Shown here piece by piece: positions 40,725 to 49,444 of a stretch of DNA of 64,000 nucleotides. The translations under genes and the position numbers were made by a program. The stretch lies in assembly GCA_963764715.1 (NCBI GenBank), contig CAVXTP010000022.1, positions 96,001 through 160,000 of the forward strand. Direction: 5' to 3'. The stretch is from an uncultured Acidobacteriota bacterium. Its GTDB lineage: Bacteria > Acidobacteriota > Thermoanaerobaculia > UBA5066 > Gp7-AA6. The notes under the pieces were generated by a model. That model had not been told where the DNA came from, did no database searches, and saw nothing but the letters and a program-made list of their open reading frames with translations. Numbering within the stretch: position 1 is the stretch's first letter; each line of letters begins with the position of its first letter.

Positions 40725-41183
40725 TCAACGGGCGGATAAAGTCGCATGTTCATATTCGTCCCTGGTGCCAACGAAAAAACGCTCCATCCGAATACGCGGC
40801 TTGCCCTCGGGACGAAGTTCTACAAACTCTCTTCCCCAAATTCTTGACTCCCTTCCTGTCGACGGAACGACGTTCGCATGATCGTCTGCCAACACGAATA
40901 CATCGCGAGCCCACCCTTGGTTGTAGAGGGAGCTGGTGCAGGCGGTTAGATCACTGCTAATGGCAACTTGGAGCGTATCGTTAGCATTGGCGAGCGGTGG
41001 GCAAGTCGGGTCCTCAAACCTCACCGTTATCCAGCCCCGCGCATTGGCTGGCAGAACATAGCGAAGAGCAGGGCGAGCGCGGCAGGCCGACGCTGCCGTG
41101 GCGACTACAACCAGGACAAGAGCGTAGCGTGTCGTTAGTCCGCGGCGGTGTCCCAAGGCAGTCTCCCTGGTGATTGCGAACAT
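40725..41183 (-). CDS. Putative immunity lipoprotein (DUF6843-like) for the RHS toxin
   Basis: Directly downstream of and overlapping the RHS stop; lipobox ASAC; YVLP..ARGWITV.F..PTCPPL pattern. Confidence 0.7.
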   Translation of the reverse strand: MFAITRETALGHRRGLTTRYALVLVVVATAASACRARPALRYVLPANARGWITVRFEDPTCPPLANANDTLQVAISSDLTACTSSLYNQGWARDVFVLADDHANVVPSTGRESRIWGREFVELRPEGKPRIRMERFFVGTRDEYEHATLSAR

Positions 41184-44100
41184 GACGGTGACGGCATACC
41201 CGTGCAGGTTGCGGTGAATCGCTCTGTCGTGAAGAGGCCCGATGCCGAGCTGCCAGCGTTGCCCCTGAACAACGAAAACGACTGATCGCCAACCTTGCCG
41301 TTAACTTCCATCGCCGGAAAGCTCGATCGAGACCCTTCGAGAGTGATGGAGTCCCCGGACGGCGAGATCGTTGTCTCGGTTGATGCCCGAATTCCAAACG
41401 GTGATGTGCCCGCGGGAGGCGCTGCGTCTTTCGGAATGCCCTCGTTCTGAAATGTTCTAACCACGACATTGCCATTTGAATCGCGCGACACCTTGACCCC
41501 GATCGAATCGCCGGTCGCCAACCCTTTGGCTCCGGTGACTAGGTTTGTCGTTTCTCCGACTCGCACCTGCGGTGCTCCGACTAAGGGGTTCATCCGCTTG
41601 TTCGGGTCAGTCTCGACTGTCAGTCGAATCTCAGTCCGTACTGAGGCGTCCTTCGACAAGCTGAAGCCTCGGGTATCGCCCTTGAACGCTCCAAGAGGGC
41701 TTGCCACTCCAGCCGACGGTATGAAGAATCGATAGGTCAGTTCCACCTCAACCAGTCCAGTTGGATCTGAAAAACGCATCGGGTTGTTTCTGCCGTAGGA
41801 ATAACGGTTCCACGTTTGGGGGTTGCGAGGTGAGCCAGCGACCTGATCTGGGCTCAGGAAACGACCGAGCGTGAACTCTTCACTGCGGGCGTGGTCAAAA
41901 TAAACGAGGCTCTCCGTGTCCCTCTCCATCCCCGCAAACCGCAGGCGTTGCGGCTGCGTCACGGTCACGACCTCGTCTCCGTAGGGCCAGTACCTCGGCT
42001 TTTCGAGCATCGCACCGGCGATGTCCGTGATCAGGCGCGGGCTTCCGAGATGATCCGAGCTGTAGTACGTCCAGGCCTTGCTGTTTCCGCCGACGAGAGT
42101 GTTCGCATAGGAGGCCAGGAGCAGGTTGCCCAGGTACACGTCGTCGCGGCTAAACGTGGAACCCGAGTATTCCGTAGCAAGCCGGTTGGCCTCATCCCGG
42201 AACGTGTAGTTCCAGGCGCCGAGGCCAGGAGGCGGCACCTTGACGACACGCTCCCCGGCCGCGTCGAAGTAGTAGTTCCACGTCTGGCTGCCATCGAAGT
42301 GACGCACGATCCGGTCGAGCGCGTCGAAGGAGTAAGTCTTGCCGCCGTAATTGGTCATGTTGCCACGGGCGTCGTACGTCCCGGTGGGTACGCGGTTGTT
42401 CGTCCAGGTCGTCGTTCCGCATGACGGGGGGGTCGTGGTCTTGTTGAAGCGGTTGCCGTAGCGGTCGTAGCAGTAGTACTGGCTGCTGACCCCAGAATAG
42501 GAAGCCGAGAGGAGCCGCGCGCGATCATCGTAGGTGAAACTGTCTGCCCCCATAGTCATCACGTCCCCGGCTCCGTCGTACGAGTATGAACCCGAGGACC
42601 ATTCAGAGGAAGCGCCTGTTGTCCCGATAAGGGCCGGACGGGGCAGGCCGTTGGTATCGGGGTCGATCCGAGTTTTTACGTCATGCCCGGTACCGAGGCC
42701 GGTGAAGTACTCATAAACCGCACCGGATGCTGAGTAGGAAATGCTCTTCGCCATGGGGATTCCGTTGGCGTAGACCGTCACGGGCAGACCGTAGTCGTAG
42801 GCAGTCGAGGCGAGGAACGGCGTCCCTCCCGAGGTCCGGGCGTGCCAGTAGTCCGAGGGCAGTCCAAGGACGTTGTAGGCCCACTTGTCTGTGGCGGTGA
42901 TGCCGCCGGAGACCGTGGTCGCACGGCTGGAGAGTCGGCCTGAGGGGTCGGAGTAAGTGAAGTCCTGAGTGATGCTTTGCGTGGCGGCGCCGAGGGGATC
43001 GTAGTTGCCGCCGACCTGGCGCGTGAGCTTGCCGAGTTTGTAGGTCCCCCCCGCGAAGCCGTTGCCGTCGTAGTAGTTCGTTGCGAAGGTCTTGGTACCC
43101 GACTTCACCGACGATACGCGGCCAGCGAAGTCGTAGGCGCGCGTGATCGTAGCGCCCGGAAGGGTCTCGTTGAGCAGGTTGCCGAGGCCGCCGTAGGTGT
43201 AGGTTACCGGGGTCGACCCTCTTTCCGGCGTGAGCTCGGCTATTAGGTTGCCGCCAGCGTCGTAGTCGAACTTCCTCACCTGTCCGCCGGTCGCGCTACA
43301 AACATCCAAGTGCGGATCGCTGCCCCCTTGAATGACGCATCGCAGTTTGTCGTTGGGGTCGTAAGCGTACAGGGCCAAGTCCGTAAGGTTCGGCTCGAGG
43401 ACGCTGATCAAGCGCCCGAAGCTGTCTCGTTCGTTCGTGGTGATCGGGTTGAGGGGCGCCGTGCCGTTGCACGTAGCCCCGGAAAACGACCCGTTGAGGC
43501 AGTAGTTGGTGACCTGCTCGAACGAATCGCTGTGAAAGGATGCCCCGTCCGTTCGATAGATCGTTTGAATGCTGTTGTGTTTGGACCGCACAACCTTTTG
43601 CGGCCGGCCAAACGGATCAAAGCAGGTCGTATAGGTTCCGAGAGCCCCAGTCGGCCGATTCGTCGTAAAGTTCGATTCTACGCCGTTGCCGTCTGTGTAC
43701 TTGCACACGGTCGATTGCGTCGCTGATATCGACTCGCCGGCCGAATCGGCCACCCACTCCGAATGGAAGTAGTCGTGCCCGGCGTCGTCGAACCTCGTGA
43801 ACTGCTTGAAGATCGAGCCACCGGGATTCTTCCGTCGCTCCCGGATGAGCCGCCCGAAATCGTCGTACTCGTACTGCTGCCACGTCGTAAGCCCTGCGCC
43901 ACCCGAGCGTTGCACGGTCGTTAGCGTTGTCGAGTTGTAAGTGATCGTCGTCGGGATCTCGCCATCTGCGTCGCCCGGCGTCCCGGTCGTCATGTTCGGG
44001 GTAATCTTCGTGACCCGGCCGAGGGTGTCGTAATCGTAGTGCGTTCTGGCGCCGGCGGTGTCGTACGAATCGGTGACCCATCCTGTTTCGGGATCGCGCG

Positions 44101-46519
44101 CATAGTTGCGAACGTACCAGCTCGCCGGGGCGGCCCCGCTCTTCCAGGCTGCGCTCGTCACTTCACCGTTTTGATAGGTGTAGCGTTTGCCGAATCTAAG
44201 ATCGGTAAAACCGGGCGAATCGTCACCCACCGGAGTCGACGCTGTATATGTACCGCAAGTGCCCGAAAGGGTCGGCATAGCTCCTGTCGACGATTCGACG
44301 AGGTTGTCACTCGCATTGCCGCGAGAGTCGGCAAAACGGCACTTTACGTAAGCTCTGCCACCTGTTGAATCCCATGTGATTTGGCCCTTCAGAAATCCGT
44401 CCGCAGTTGTTGACGTTGTGTCGAAGAGAAAAAGTCGGACGATGGTTCGACCGCTCTCAAGCGTGTCCTGTTCAGTGAAGAGGTTAGGCAACGCGGCGCC
44501 TCCCGTCGGAGGCGCGGATGTCCAGTTGACGGGAAACCAGGTTGTATCGATTGTTTTCGTCTCCGTGGGTCCCTGCAGATTCCCCGACCGCACTTCTCGC
44601 CCGTAATGACGCCCGCGGCCCTCCCATGTCCCCGAAGGGTTCGAGAACGTGGTCGACGTAAACTTGCAGCCGACGCAGGCCCCCGACGGTCCTGTACTCT
44701 GATGGAAGGTCGTCTCAGAAAGAAGCCGCCGATTACCTTTGACGGTTCCGGGGCAGTCGACGGTGCCTGAGCAGTCGTAGTCGAAGACGCGCTGGGTGAC
44801 CCTAACGGCATGTTTGGGACAGAAGTCCTGATCGTAGACTGTGCAAGCAGGTTGGCTAATGGTTGGGTCAGGATCGCCCGCCGGAACCCAGGGGTCAAAG
44901 TCGAACGTGCGGGTCTCGATATCGGCACCGATTCGGTCTCCGGTCGCTGTCGACCCGTCGAAAGTTCCTGAGTCCGACCAGAACAGGGTGGCAGTGGCAT
45001 GGGCCCGCCCCTCGATTCCGCGCGGGAAGATGGCTATCGTGAGAGTTTGGGAGCCGCAGGTGTCATTGCCTGGAGTAGCGCAAATTGCCAACTTCTCGCC
45101 AAACGGAAACGCAACCTGCACGTAGTCCGTCTCGGCTTTCCGTTGAGCACCATCGTTGTCGGTAAAAATCTCGGTACGTCTTCCAACGCCTTGGACGGCA
45201 TCGGAAAACTCGGTTGGATCTGTTGCCGGGTCGCCGGTGCAGTCGTTCAGGTGCGGCGACGGCGGTGGATCACCCTGAAAGTAGTTAGTTGCTGAGGGGC
45301 GGCCGGACTGCAGCACCAGAGAACCTGGAGGAGGCTGTTCGGCTCCGCAATTCATCCGGCTGCTGTGGCGTGCATGGTAGAAGTGATAGGTGCTCCACAG
45401 GTAATCGATCTCGGCGCCGGTCGGAAGTGTCATCGTTCGCGCGAGGCCGTTTAAGTATGTAAACGAATACGACGTCGTCGGTAGCGTGATCGACGTGAGC
45501 CGATAGACATTGACTGCCGGGGCGTTGGGTGGCCCCGCTGACCAGGTGAAGTAGTCGTATCCGAGCGACCACGTAGCGGAAGCGGCGCCGACGGTCGGGA
45601 AGAGAAAAGAGCTTATCCGGCCAGTCGTCCCGTTCCGATTGACGGTCACCGTCCAGGATGCCGGCTGCCCCTCAGGGTAGCCCTGGATCGAGGACGGGAC
45701 CCACGATTTGGCGCTCGTTGGCGTGCGACACGCCATGTTCCCGTAGAGCGGAGGGGGGGCGGAGCCTGTGTCCCAGCAAGGCAAGTTTCCCAGGGGCGTG
45801 AAGTAGTCGACGTGGATGATATTGCCGAACGGGTCCGTAATGTCCGTGACGTACCAGCCGTCGCGCCCGCGGCCGAGGTTATTCAGGTAGTGGTCGTACG
45901 GATCATCGTAGCCGGTAACGTGATTGGTGAAGTCGTAGTGGTTACCGTCGGCATCCCACATGTCGTATCCCGACGTGTCATTGCCTGTCAGATAGAACTG
46001 GCTGGCGTCGCCTGGCTTCGAACTCGTGGGCGGAATCGTCCCGTTGAACTGGTGCTCCGCTCCGTCGGGACCGACGAAACACCTGTAGGACTGGTTCTCA
46101 CCGCACTTCTTGATTGCGCCGAGCGTGAAGGTCCAGCCGATTCCGATGGCGGGGTCACCGACGAGGGGCATGTACAGATTTCCCTGCGAATCTATGTCGC
46201 CCAGCGTCGGATGGCCGAACTCCCAGACCCGTGATCCGTACGTCAGCATCGCCTGAAAGCGCAGCTTGGGCCCCACGGGGTAGGAGGGACCCAGCGGTAC
46301 AGGAATGGTTAGGGCGCCGTTGTAGAGATTGATCGAGTCCACCGATGAATGGTGGAAGACGTTGTTGGTGTAACCGATCTTGACGTCGGCGTCGTCGTCC
46401 GGTCCCTGCTGGGCAAGCACGTCGATCGCGGGCGCCAGGATGCCTGCGAGGAAAACCGCCACCTTCAACCAACCAAAGCGGCTGGGCCCGATGCTGATGA
46501 TGCGACATTGACGTTTCAT
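41135..46519 (-). CDS. RHS/YD-repeat polymorphic toxin with N-terminal Sec signal and ~205 aa C-terminal domain
   Basis: YD repeats, DHLGSPR, GRFLSPD and NRYSYGRNNPMRFSDPTGL core end; hydrophobic signal peptide; no PAAR motif. Confidence 0.92.
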   Translation of the reverse strand: MKRQCRIISIGPSRFGWLKVAVFLAGILAPAIDVLAQQGPDDDADVKIGYTNNVFHHSSVDSINLYNGALTIPVPLGPSYPVGPKLRFQAMLTYGSRVWEFGHPTLGDIDSQGNLYMPLVGDPAIGIGWTFTLGAIKKCGENQSYRCFVGPDGAEHQFNGTIPPTSSKPGDASQFYLTGNDTSGYDMWDADGNHYDFTNHVTGYDDPYDHYLNNLGRGRDGWYVTDITDPFGNIIHVDYFTPLGNLPCWDTGSAPPPLYGNMACRTPTSAKSWVPSSIQGYPEGQPASWTVTVNRNGTTGRISSFLFPTVGAASATWSLGYDYFTWSAGPPNAPAVNVYRLTSITLPTTSYSFTYLNGLARTMTLPTGAEIDYLWSTYHFYHARHSSRMNCGAEQPPPGSLVLQSGRPSATNYFQGDPPPSPHLNDCTGDPATDPTEFSDAVQGVGRRTEIFTDNDGAQRKAETDYVQVAFPFGEKLAICATPGNDTCGSQTLTIAIFPRGIEGRAHATATLFWSDSGTFDGSTATGDRIGADIETRTFDFDPWVPAGDPDPTISQPACTVYDQDFCPKHAVRVTQRVFDYDCSGTVDCPGTVKGNRRLLSETTFHQSTGPSGACVGCKFTSTTFSNPSGTWEGRGRHYGREVRSGNLQGPTETKTIDTTWFPVNWTSAPPTGGAALPNLFTEQDTLESGRTIVRLFLFDTTSTTADGFLKGQITWDSTGGRAYVKCRFADSRGNASDNLVESSTGAMPTLSGTCGTYTASTPVGDDSPGFTDLRFGKRYTYQNGEVTSAAWKSGAAPASWYVRNYARDPETGWVTDSYDTAGARTHYDYDTLGRVTKITPNMTTGTPGDADGEIPTTITYNSTTLTTVQRSGGAGLTTWQQYEYDDFGRLIRERRKNPGGSIFKQFTRFDDAGHDYFHSEWVADSAGESISATQSTVCKYTDGNGVESNFTTNRPTGALGTYTTCFDPFGRPQKVVRSKHNSIQTIYRTDGASFHSDSFEQVTNYCLNGSFSGATCNGTAPLNPITTNERDSFGRLISVLEPNLTDLALYAYDPNDKLRCVIQGGSDPHLDVCSATGGQVRKFDYDAGGNLIAELTPERGSTPVTYTYGGLGNLLNETLPGATITRAYDFAGRVSSVKSGTKTFATNYYDGNGFAGGTYKLGKLTRQVGGNYDPLGAATQSITQDFTYSDPSGRLSSRATTVSGGITATDKWAYNVLGLPSDYWHARTSGGTPFLASTAYDYGLPVTVYANGIPMAKSISYSASGAVYEYFTGLGTGHDVKTRIDPDTNGLPRPALIGTTGASSEWSSGSYSYDGAGDVMTMGADSFTYDDRARLLSASYSGVSSQYYCYDRYGNRFNKTTTPPSCGTTTWTNNRVPTGTYDARGNMTNYGGKTYSFDALDRIVRHFDGSQTWNYYFDAAGERVVKVPPPGLGAWNYTFRDEANRLATEYSGSTFSRDDVYLGNLLLASYANTLVGGNSKAWTYYSSDHLGSPRLITDIAGAMLEKPRYWPYGDEVVTVTQPQRLRFAGMERDTESLVYFDHARSEEFTLGRFLSPDQVAGSPRNPQTWNRYSYGRNNPMRFSDPTGLVEVELTYRFFIPSAGVASPLGAFKGDTRGFSLSKDASVRTEIRLTVETDPNKRMNPLVGAPQVRVGETTNLVTGAKGLATGDSIGVKVSRDSNGNVVVRTFQNEGIPKDAAPPAGTSPFGIRASTETTISPSGDSITLEGSRSSFPAMEVNGKVGDQSFSLFRGNAGSSASGLFTTERFTATCTGMPSPSCSQSPGRLPWDTAAD

Positions 46520-46527
46520 GCCGGCTC

Positions 46528-48255
46528 CTAGTTGGAAAACCGCACGTCGGCGAAGAGATTGCTTTCGATCGAGCAGGAAGGAGATGTGCCCGCCCCGCTG
46601 GCGTAACATCCCTGTAAACCTGTTAACGGCGGCCTTACGTAGTCGGGTGTTAAGGCGTTGTAGGTCTTACTTTCGATGCTCGTCGCGGCCCCGTTTGGAG
46701 ACGATGAGACGCGGTAGATCAGACCGGCGGTAATCGGATAAGGACTCGCAAGAGCAACTTCTTGCCATCCAGCTCCTGTTTCAGCTGGCGTTCCCGTCGT
46801 TGCTGTCCTCACTGCTGTTCCGCCAGACTGTGTCCAGAGACGAATGGTGTGAGTGACCGCCAGATCGCCAGGTGCCTTGAAGAACCTCAGCGCCGTGATC
46901 TGACCGTTTTGCGAGGCTGAGAAACTGATCCCCTCCTCGAAGACGGGGGTTAGGGGTGTGAAGGTGGCGGGTGTCTCAAGATTGAATAATGTTGCGGTCG
47001 CGGCGCGGAAGCGCACGTCGACCCAAAAGTTGGAGGTACTCTGCGGCGCTTGACCGACCGAGCAGTTCGGCGGCACGCCGGGGCCCTGAGTCGTCGCGTA
47101 GCAGCCTCGCGTTGCATAGAGCGGCGGATTGTTGAAGAAGGCTCCGGAGGTCTTGTTCTCGAGGATGTTGGTCGTGTAGGAGACGACGAACTTCTGATTC
47201 GCGAGAATGTAAAGAGGCGGTGAGAACACCGCTTCCTGCCAGCCCGATGAGGATTCGGTACCGGCTAGAAAACTAACGGTTGCGATGGGCGCACCGACTG
47301 CGCCAGTGGCGTCTGTATTCCAGAGACGACCAGTGTGGCCTGAGCTCTCGCCGATAGCCTTATAGAATCTCATCGCTGTTATCCAGCCGTTCTTGTCGGC
47401 GTAGAACTCAGTGCCAATCTCGTAGTTGACGGCCGCCACCGGGCCCGACTGGCTTCCGTAGATCGTGTACGAAGGTGTTATCGGAGTGTCCGTCAGGGAA
47501 GCTTGCTTTGTGACCCCGCCGTAGATGCCGCTGATCGTGCACGACTTGTTGGCGCTCACCACGGCGGTGGCGACGGAACCGGTCGCGGTAGTTGCTCCGG
47601 CGGGCACAATGACGAGGGGCGGCGGGACTGCTACCGAGGCGTCTGAGCTGGAGATTGAGACCGAGGCTCCGCCGGCCGGAGCCGCGGCCGTCAAAGTGAC
47701 CGTAGCAACGGTCAGGCTTCCCCCGACCACACTCGACGGCGTCAGCGTGATCGAAGCGATGGCGAGTCCGGGAGGGGTGCCAACGGCTGTCGTGCCCGTA
47801 GCCGAGTTGTTGGCAATGGCTGGGTCGGATTCGTTCGCGACTGCGCCGGCGATGTTCGAATAGGTCCCCGCCGAGGCAGCCTTGACGGTGATCGTCACCG
47901 ATCCAGCCGAACTCCCCGCCAGCGTTCCGATGGTGCAGACGACTGTTCCACCGACGGTAGAACCCGTCGGATTGTTGAGCGAACAGCCGGCGGAGGCAGA
48001 CACAAAGCTCACAGCCGGATCGAGAACGTCGGTCGTCGTCACGCCCGTGGCGGTAGCCGAGCCGATGTTGGTGACTTGGATCGTGTAGGCAAAGTTGGTG
48101 TTAACGCTCGCCGATGACGGCGCAGATAGTTGCAGTTGGAGGTCTGGCAGCGGCGGAGCCTGGGCGCATAGGGCGGAAGGTGCAGCGACAAGGGTCACGA
48201 TCGCGAGCGCAAGCGCCGAGATGCCTGGTGACGAAGGACTAAACTTTCTCTTCAT
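46528..48255 (-). CDS. Secreted DUF11 + Ig-like + 2x DUF4082 surface protein
   Basis: Signal peptide; YTIQVTNIG..ATGV...DP..ANN DUF11 motif; two E.G..F...NG.ITA.RF.KA...WQE DUF4082-like repeats. Confidence 0.8.
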   Translation of the reverse strand: MKRKFSPSSPGISALALAIVTLVAAPSALCAQAPPLPDLQLQLSAPSSASVNTNFAYTIQVTNIGSATATGVTTTDVLDPAVSFVSASAGCSLNNPTGSTVGGTVVCTIGTLAGSSAGSVTITVKAASAGTYSNIAGAVANESDPAIANNSATGTTAVGTPPGLAIASITLTPSSVVGGSLTVATVTLTAAAPAGGASVSISSSDASVAVPPPLVIVPAGATTATGSVATAVVSANKSCTISGIYGGVTKQASLTDTPITPSYTIYGSQSGPVAAVNYEIGTEFYADKNGWITAMRFYKAIGESSGHTGRLWNTDATGAVGAPIATVSFLAGTESSSGWQEAVFSPPLYILANQKFVVSYTTNILENKTSGAFFNNPPLYATRGCYATTQGPGVPPNCSVGQAPQSTSNFWVDVRFRAATATLFNLETPATFTPLTPVFEEGISFSASQNGQITALRFFKAPGDLAVTHTIRLWTQSGGTAVRTATTGTPAETGAGWQEVALASPYPITAGLIYRVSSSPNGAATSIESKTYNALTPDYVRPPLTGLQGCYASGAGTSPSCSIESNLFADVRFSN

Positions 48256-48366
48256 CCTTGTCTCTCCATGTGGGTAGACTTCGCCCCACGACGCCTCGAC
48301 GGCGACAGCCGTAAGCCAAATCGCGGTGGAATCACCTGTAGATTGAAATCGCGCGGAGGCCCAGAA

Positions 48367-48918
48367 ATGCATCGGGGAAAATCATCTTGGTCGCCTACGA
48401 AAACAGCAGCCTCCTCTCCCCCTGAGGAACGTGAGGATGGGTTGCCGACCGAGGCGACGCGCCGCTATTTAGCTCGCGTACTGATTCAGCGGTACGGCGT
48501 CCGACGCGAGGACGTCGCGGACGTGATGGGCGATGCTGTTGTAGCGTTTCTCTGCGCTCGTGCGGACGGGAAGCCGGTGAGCGAAGGCCTTTTCTTCGTG
48601 ATCGCTCACCGAAGGGGCTGCGACGAGCTCCGGCGGCGCTCCCGCCGGAAGGTGCCATATTCCAAGGCCCTCGAATCCGTGGCACCCGATCTCGACGCGC
48701 TGGAAGAGACATTCATGGTTCGGGTGGTGCGTCGGTCATTCCAGTCCCGTGGGTCGGATACGCGATCGAGGATGGAAGCGCTCGTGCGTGAGCTAGCGCA
48801 GGGTTGCACGTGGGCCGACGCCTGCCGACGGGCGAGTGTTCCGCGCGGGAGCCAGTCGCGGTTTCGAGACGACCTGAAGCGCGTGTTCGGCGGCCGCCTC
48901 AAGGGTCGGATCAGGTAG
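48367..48918 (+). CDS. Divergent ECF/sigma-70-like factor
   Basis: EDVADVMGDAVVAFL...LFFVIAHRRGCDELRRRSR resembles region 2; C-terminal HTH-like TWADACRRASVPRGS; start uncertain (48367 or 48442). Confidence 0.6.
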   Translation: MHRGKSSWSPTKTAASSPPEEREDGLPTEATRRYLARVLIQRYGVRREDVADVMGDAVVAFLCARADGKPVSEGLFFVIAHRRGCDELRRRSRRKVPYSKALESVAPDLDALEETFMVRVVRRSFQSRGSDTRSRMEALVRELAQGCTWADACRRASVPRGSQSRFRDDLKRVFGGRLKGRIR

Positions 48919-49184
48919 GCACATCCCGATGCCGCAGTTATCCCGCCCCGTCGCTCCAGTCTAGCCGGAGGGGAACTCGCGGCGCTAAACGGGGTGCGAG
49001 TAGGAGCGAGCTGAGTCGCCAAAGATCCGAGGCGGAGGAGGGCCCCCGCCAACGAGAAAGGCAGCTCTTGCCTCGGCGCGGCAAAGCGTCCGTCGGCCCT
49101 CAGGCTCCGCTCAGATCCTCAACCGTGTGGGACCGGATCAGACCCAACGCCTTCCTGGGGGTCCTCGCGGGTGTTTGTCCAAGG

Positions 49185-49208
49185 GCTGTGGCCTCTGGCG
49201 TGGCCTCT
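49185..49208 (+). repeat. Putative integrase arm-type site, right copy
   Basis: gctgtggcctctggcgtggcctct, ~130 bp inside the right att core. Confidence 0.7.
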
Positions 49209-49337
49209 CTGCCCAACGAAGGGCGGAGTTAGACCGTTTCCAACGAAACGAAACGTAACTCGTGAAAGGCGCAGGAACGGCAGCGCTGGCGGGCGTTTTC
49301 TGCGTGTTTCCAAGAAAAATCGGGGAGGCGCCAGAAC

Positions 49338-49378
49338 GGATTTTGAGTCCCCTGCGTCTGCCATTCCGCCACTCCGGC
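49338..49378 (-). repeat. att core, right copy = displaced 5' half of tRNA-Leu with native upstream DNA
   Basis: 41/41 identity with 26673-26713; identity ends just past the anticodon loop; no T-arm or CCA follows. Confidence 0.95.
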
Positions 49379-49444
49379 AGGGAGACAAGAGGATAACCGA
49401 GCCGGGAGCCGGACGCCCGCGGGCGTGGCGGGGATAATCGCTCC

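Larger units (their letters stand above)
26673..49378. mobile_element. Integrative element / genomic island (~22.7 kb) inserted in tRNA-Leu(CAA)
   Basis: 41-bp exact direct repeats at both ends, adjacent tyrosine integrase, visibly lower GC and different codon usage, accessory cargo. Confidence 0.95.

Noticed and set aside
49242-49260. aacga/aacgt short tandem repeat between the right arm site and the att core
   Set aside because: Could be an Xis/IHF-type site, but it is too short and unsupported to call.
49338-49378. Second tRNA-Leu gene
   Set aside because: Only the 5' 41 nt are present, with no variable arm, T-arm or 3' acceptor strand; it is the att duplication.
26673-49378. Calling the island a prophage or ICE
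   Set aside because: No capsid, terminase, tail, lysis, relaxase or T4SS genes are recognisable.
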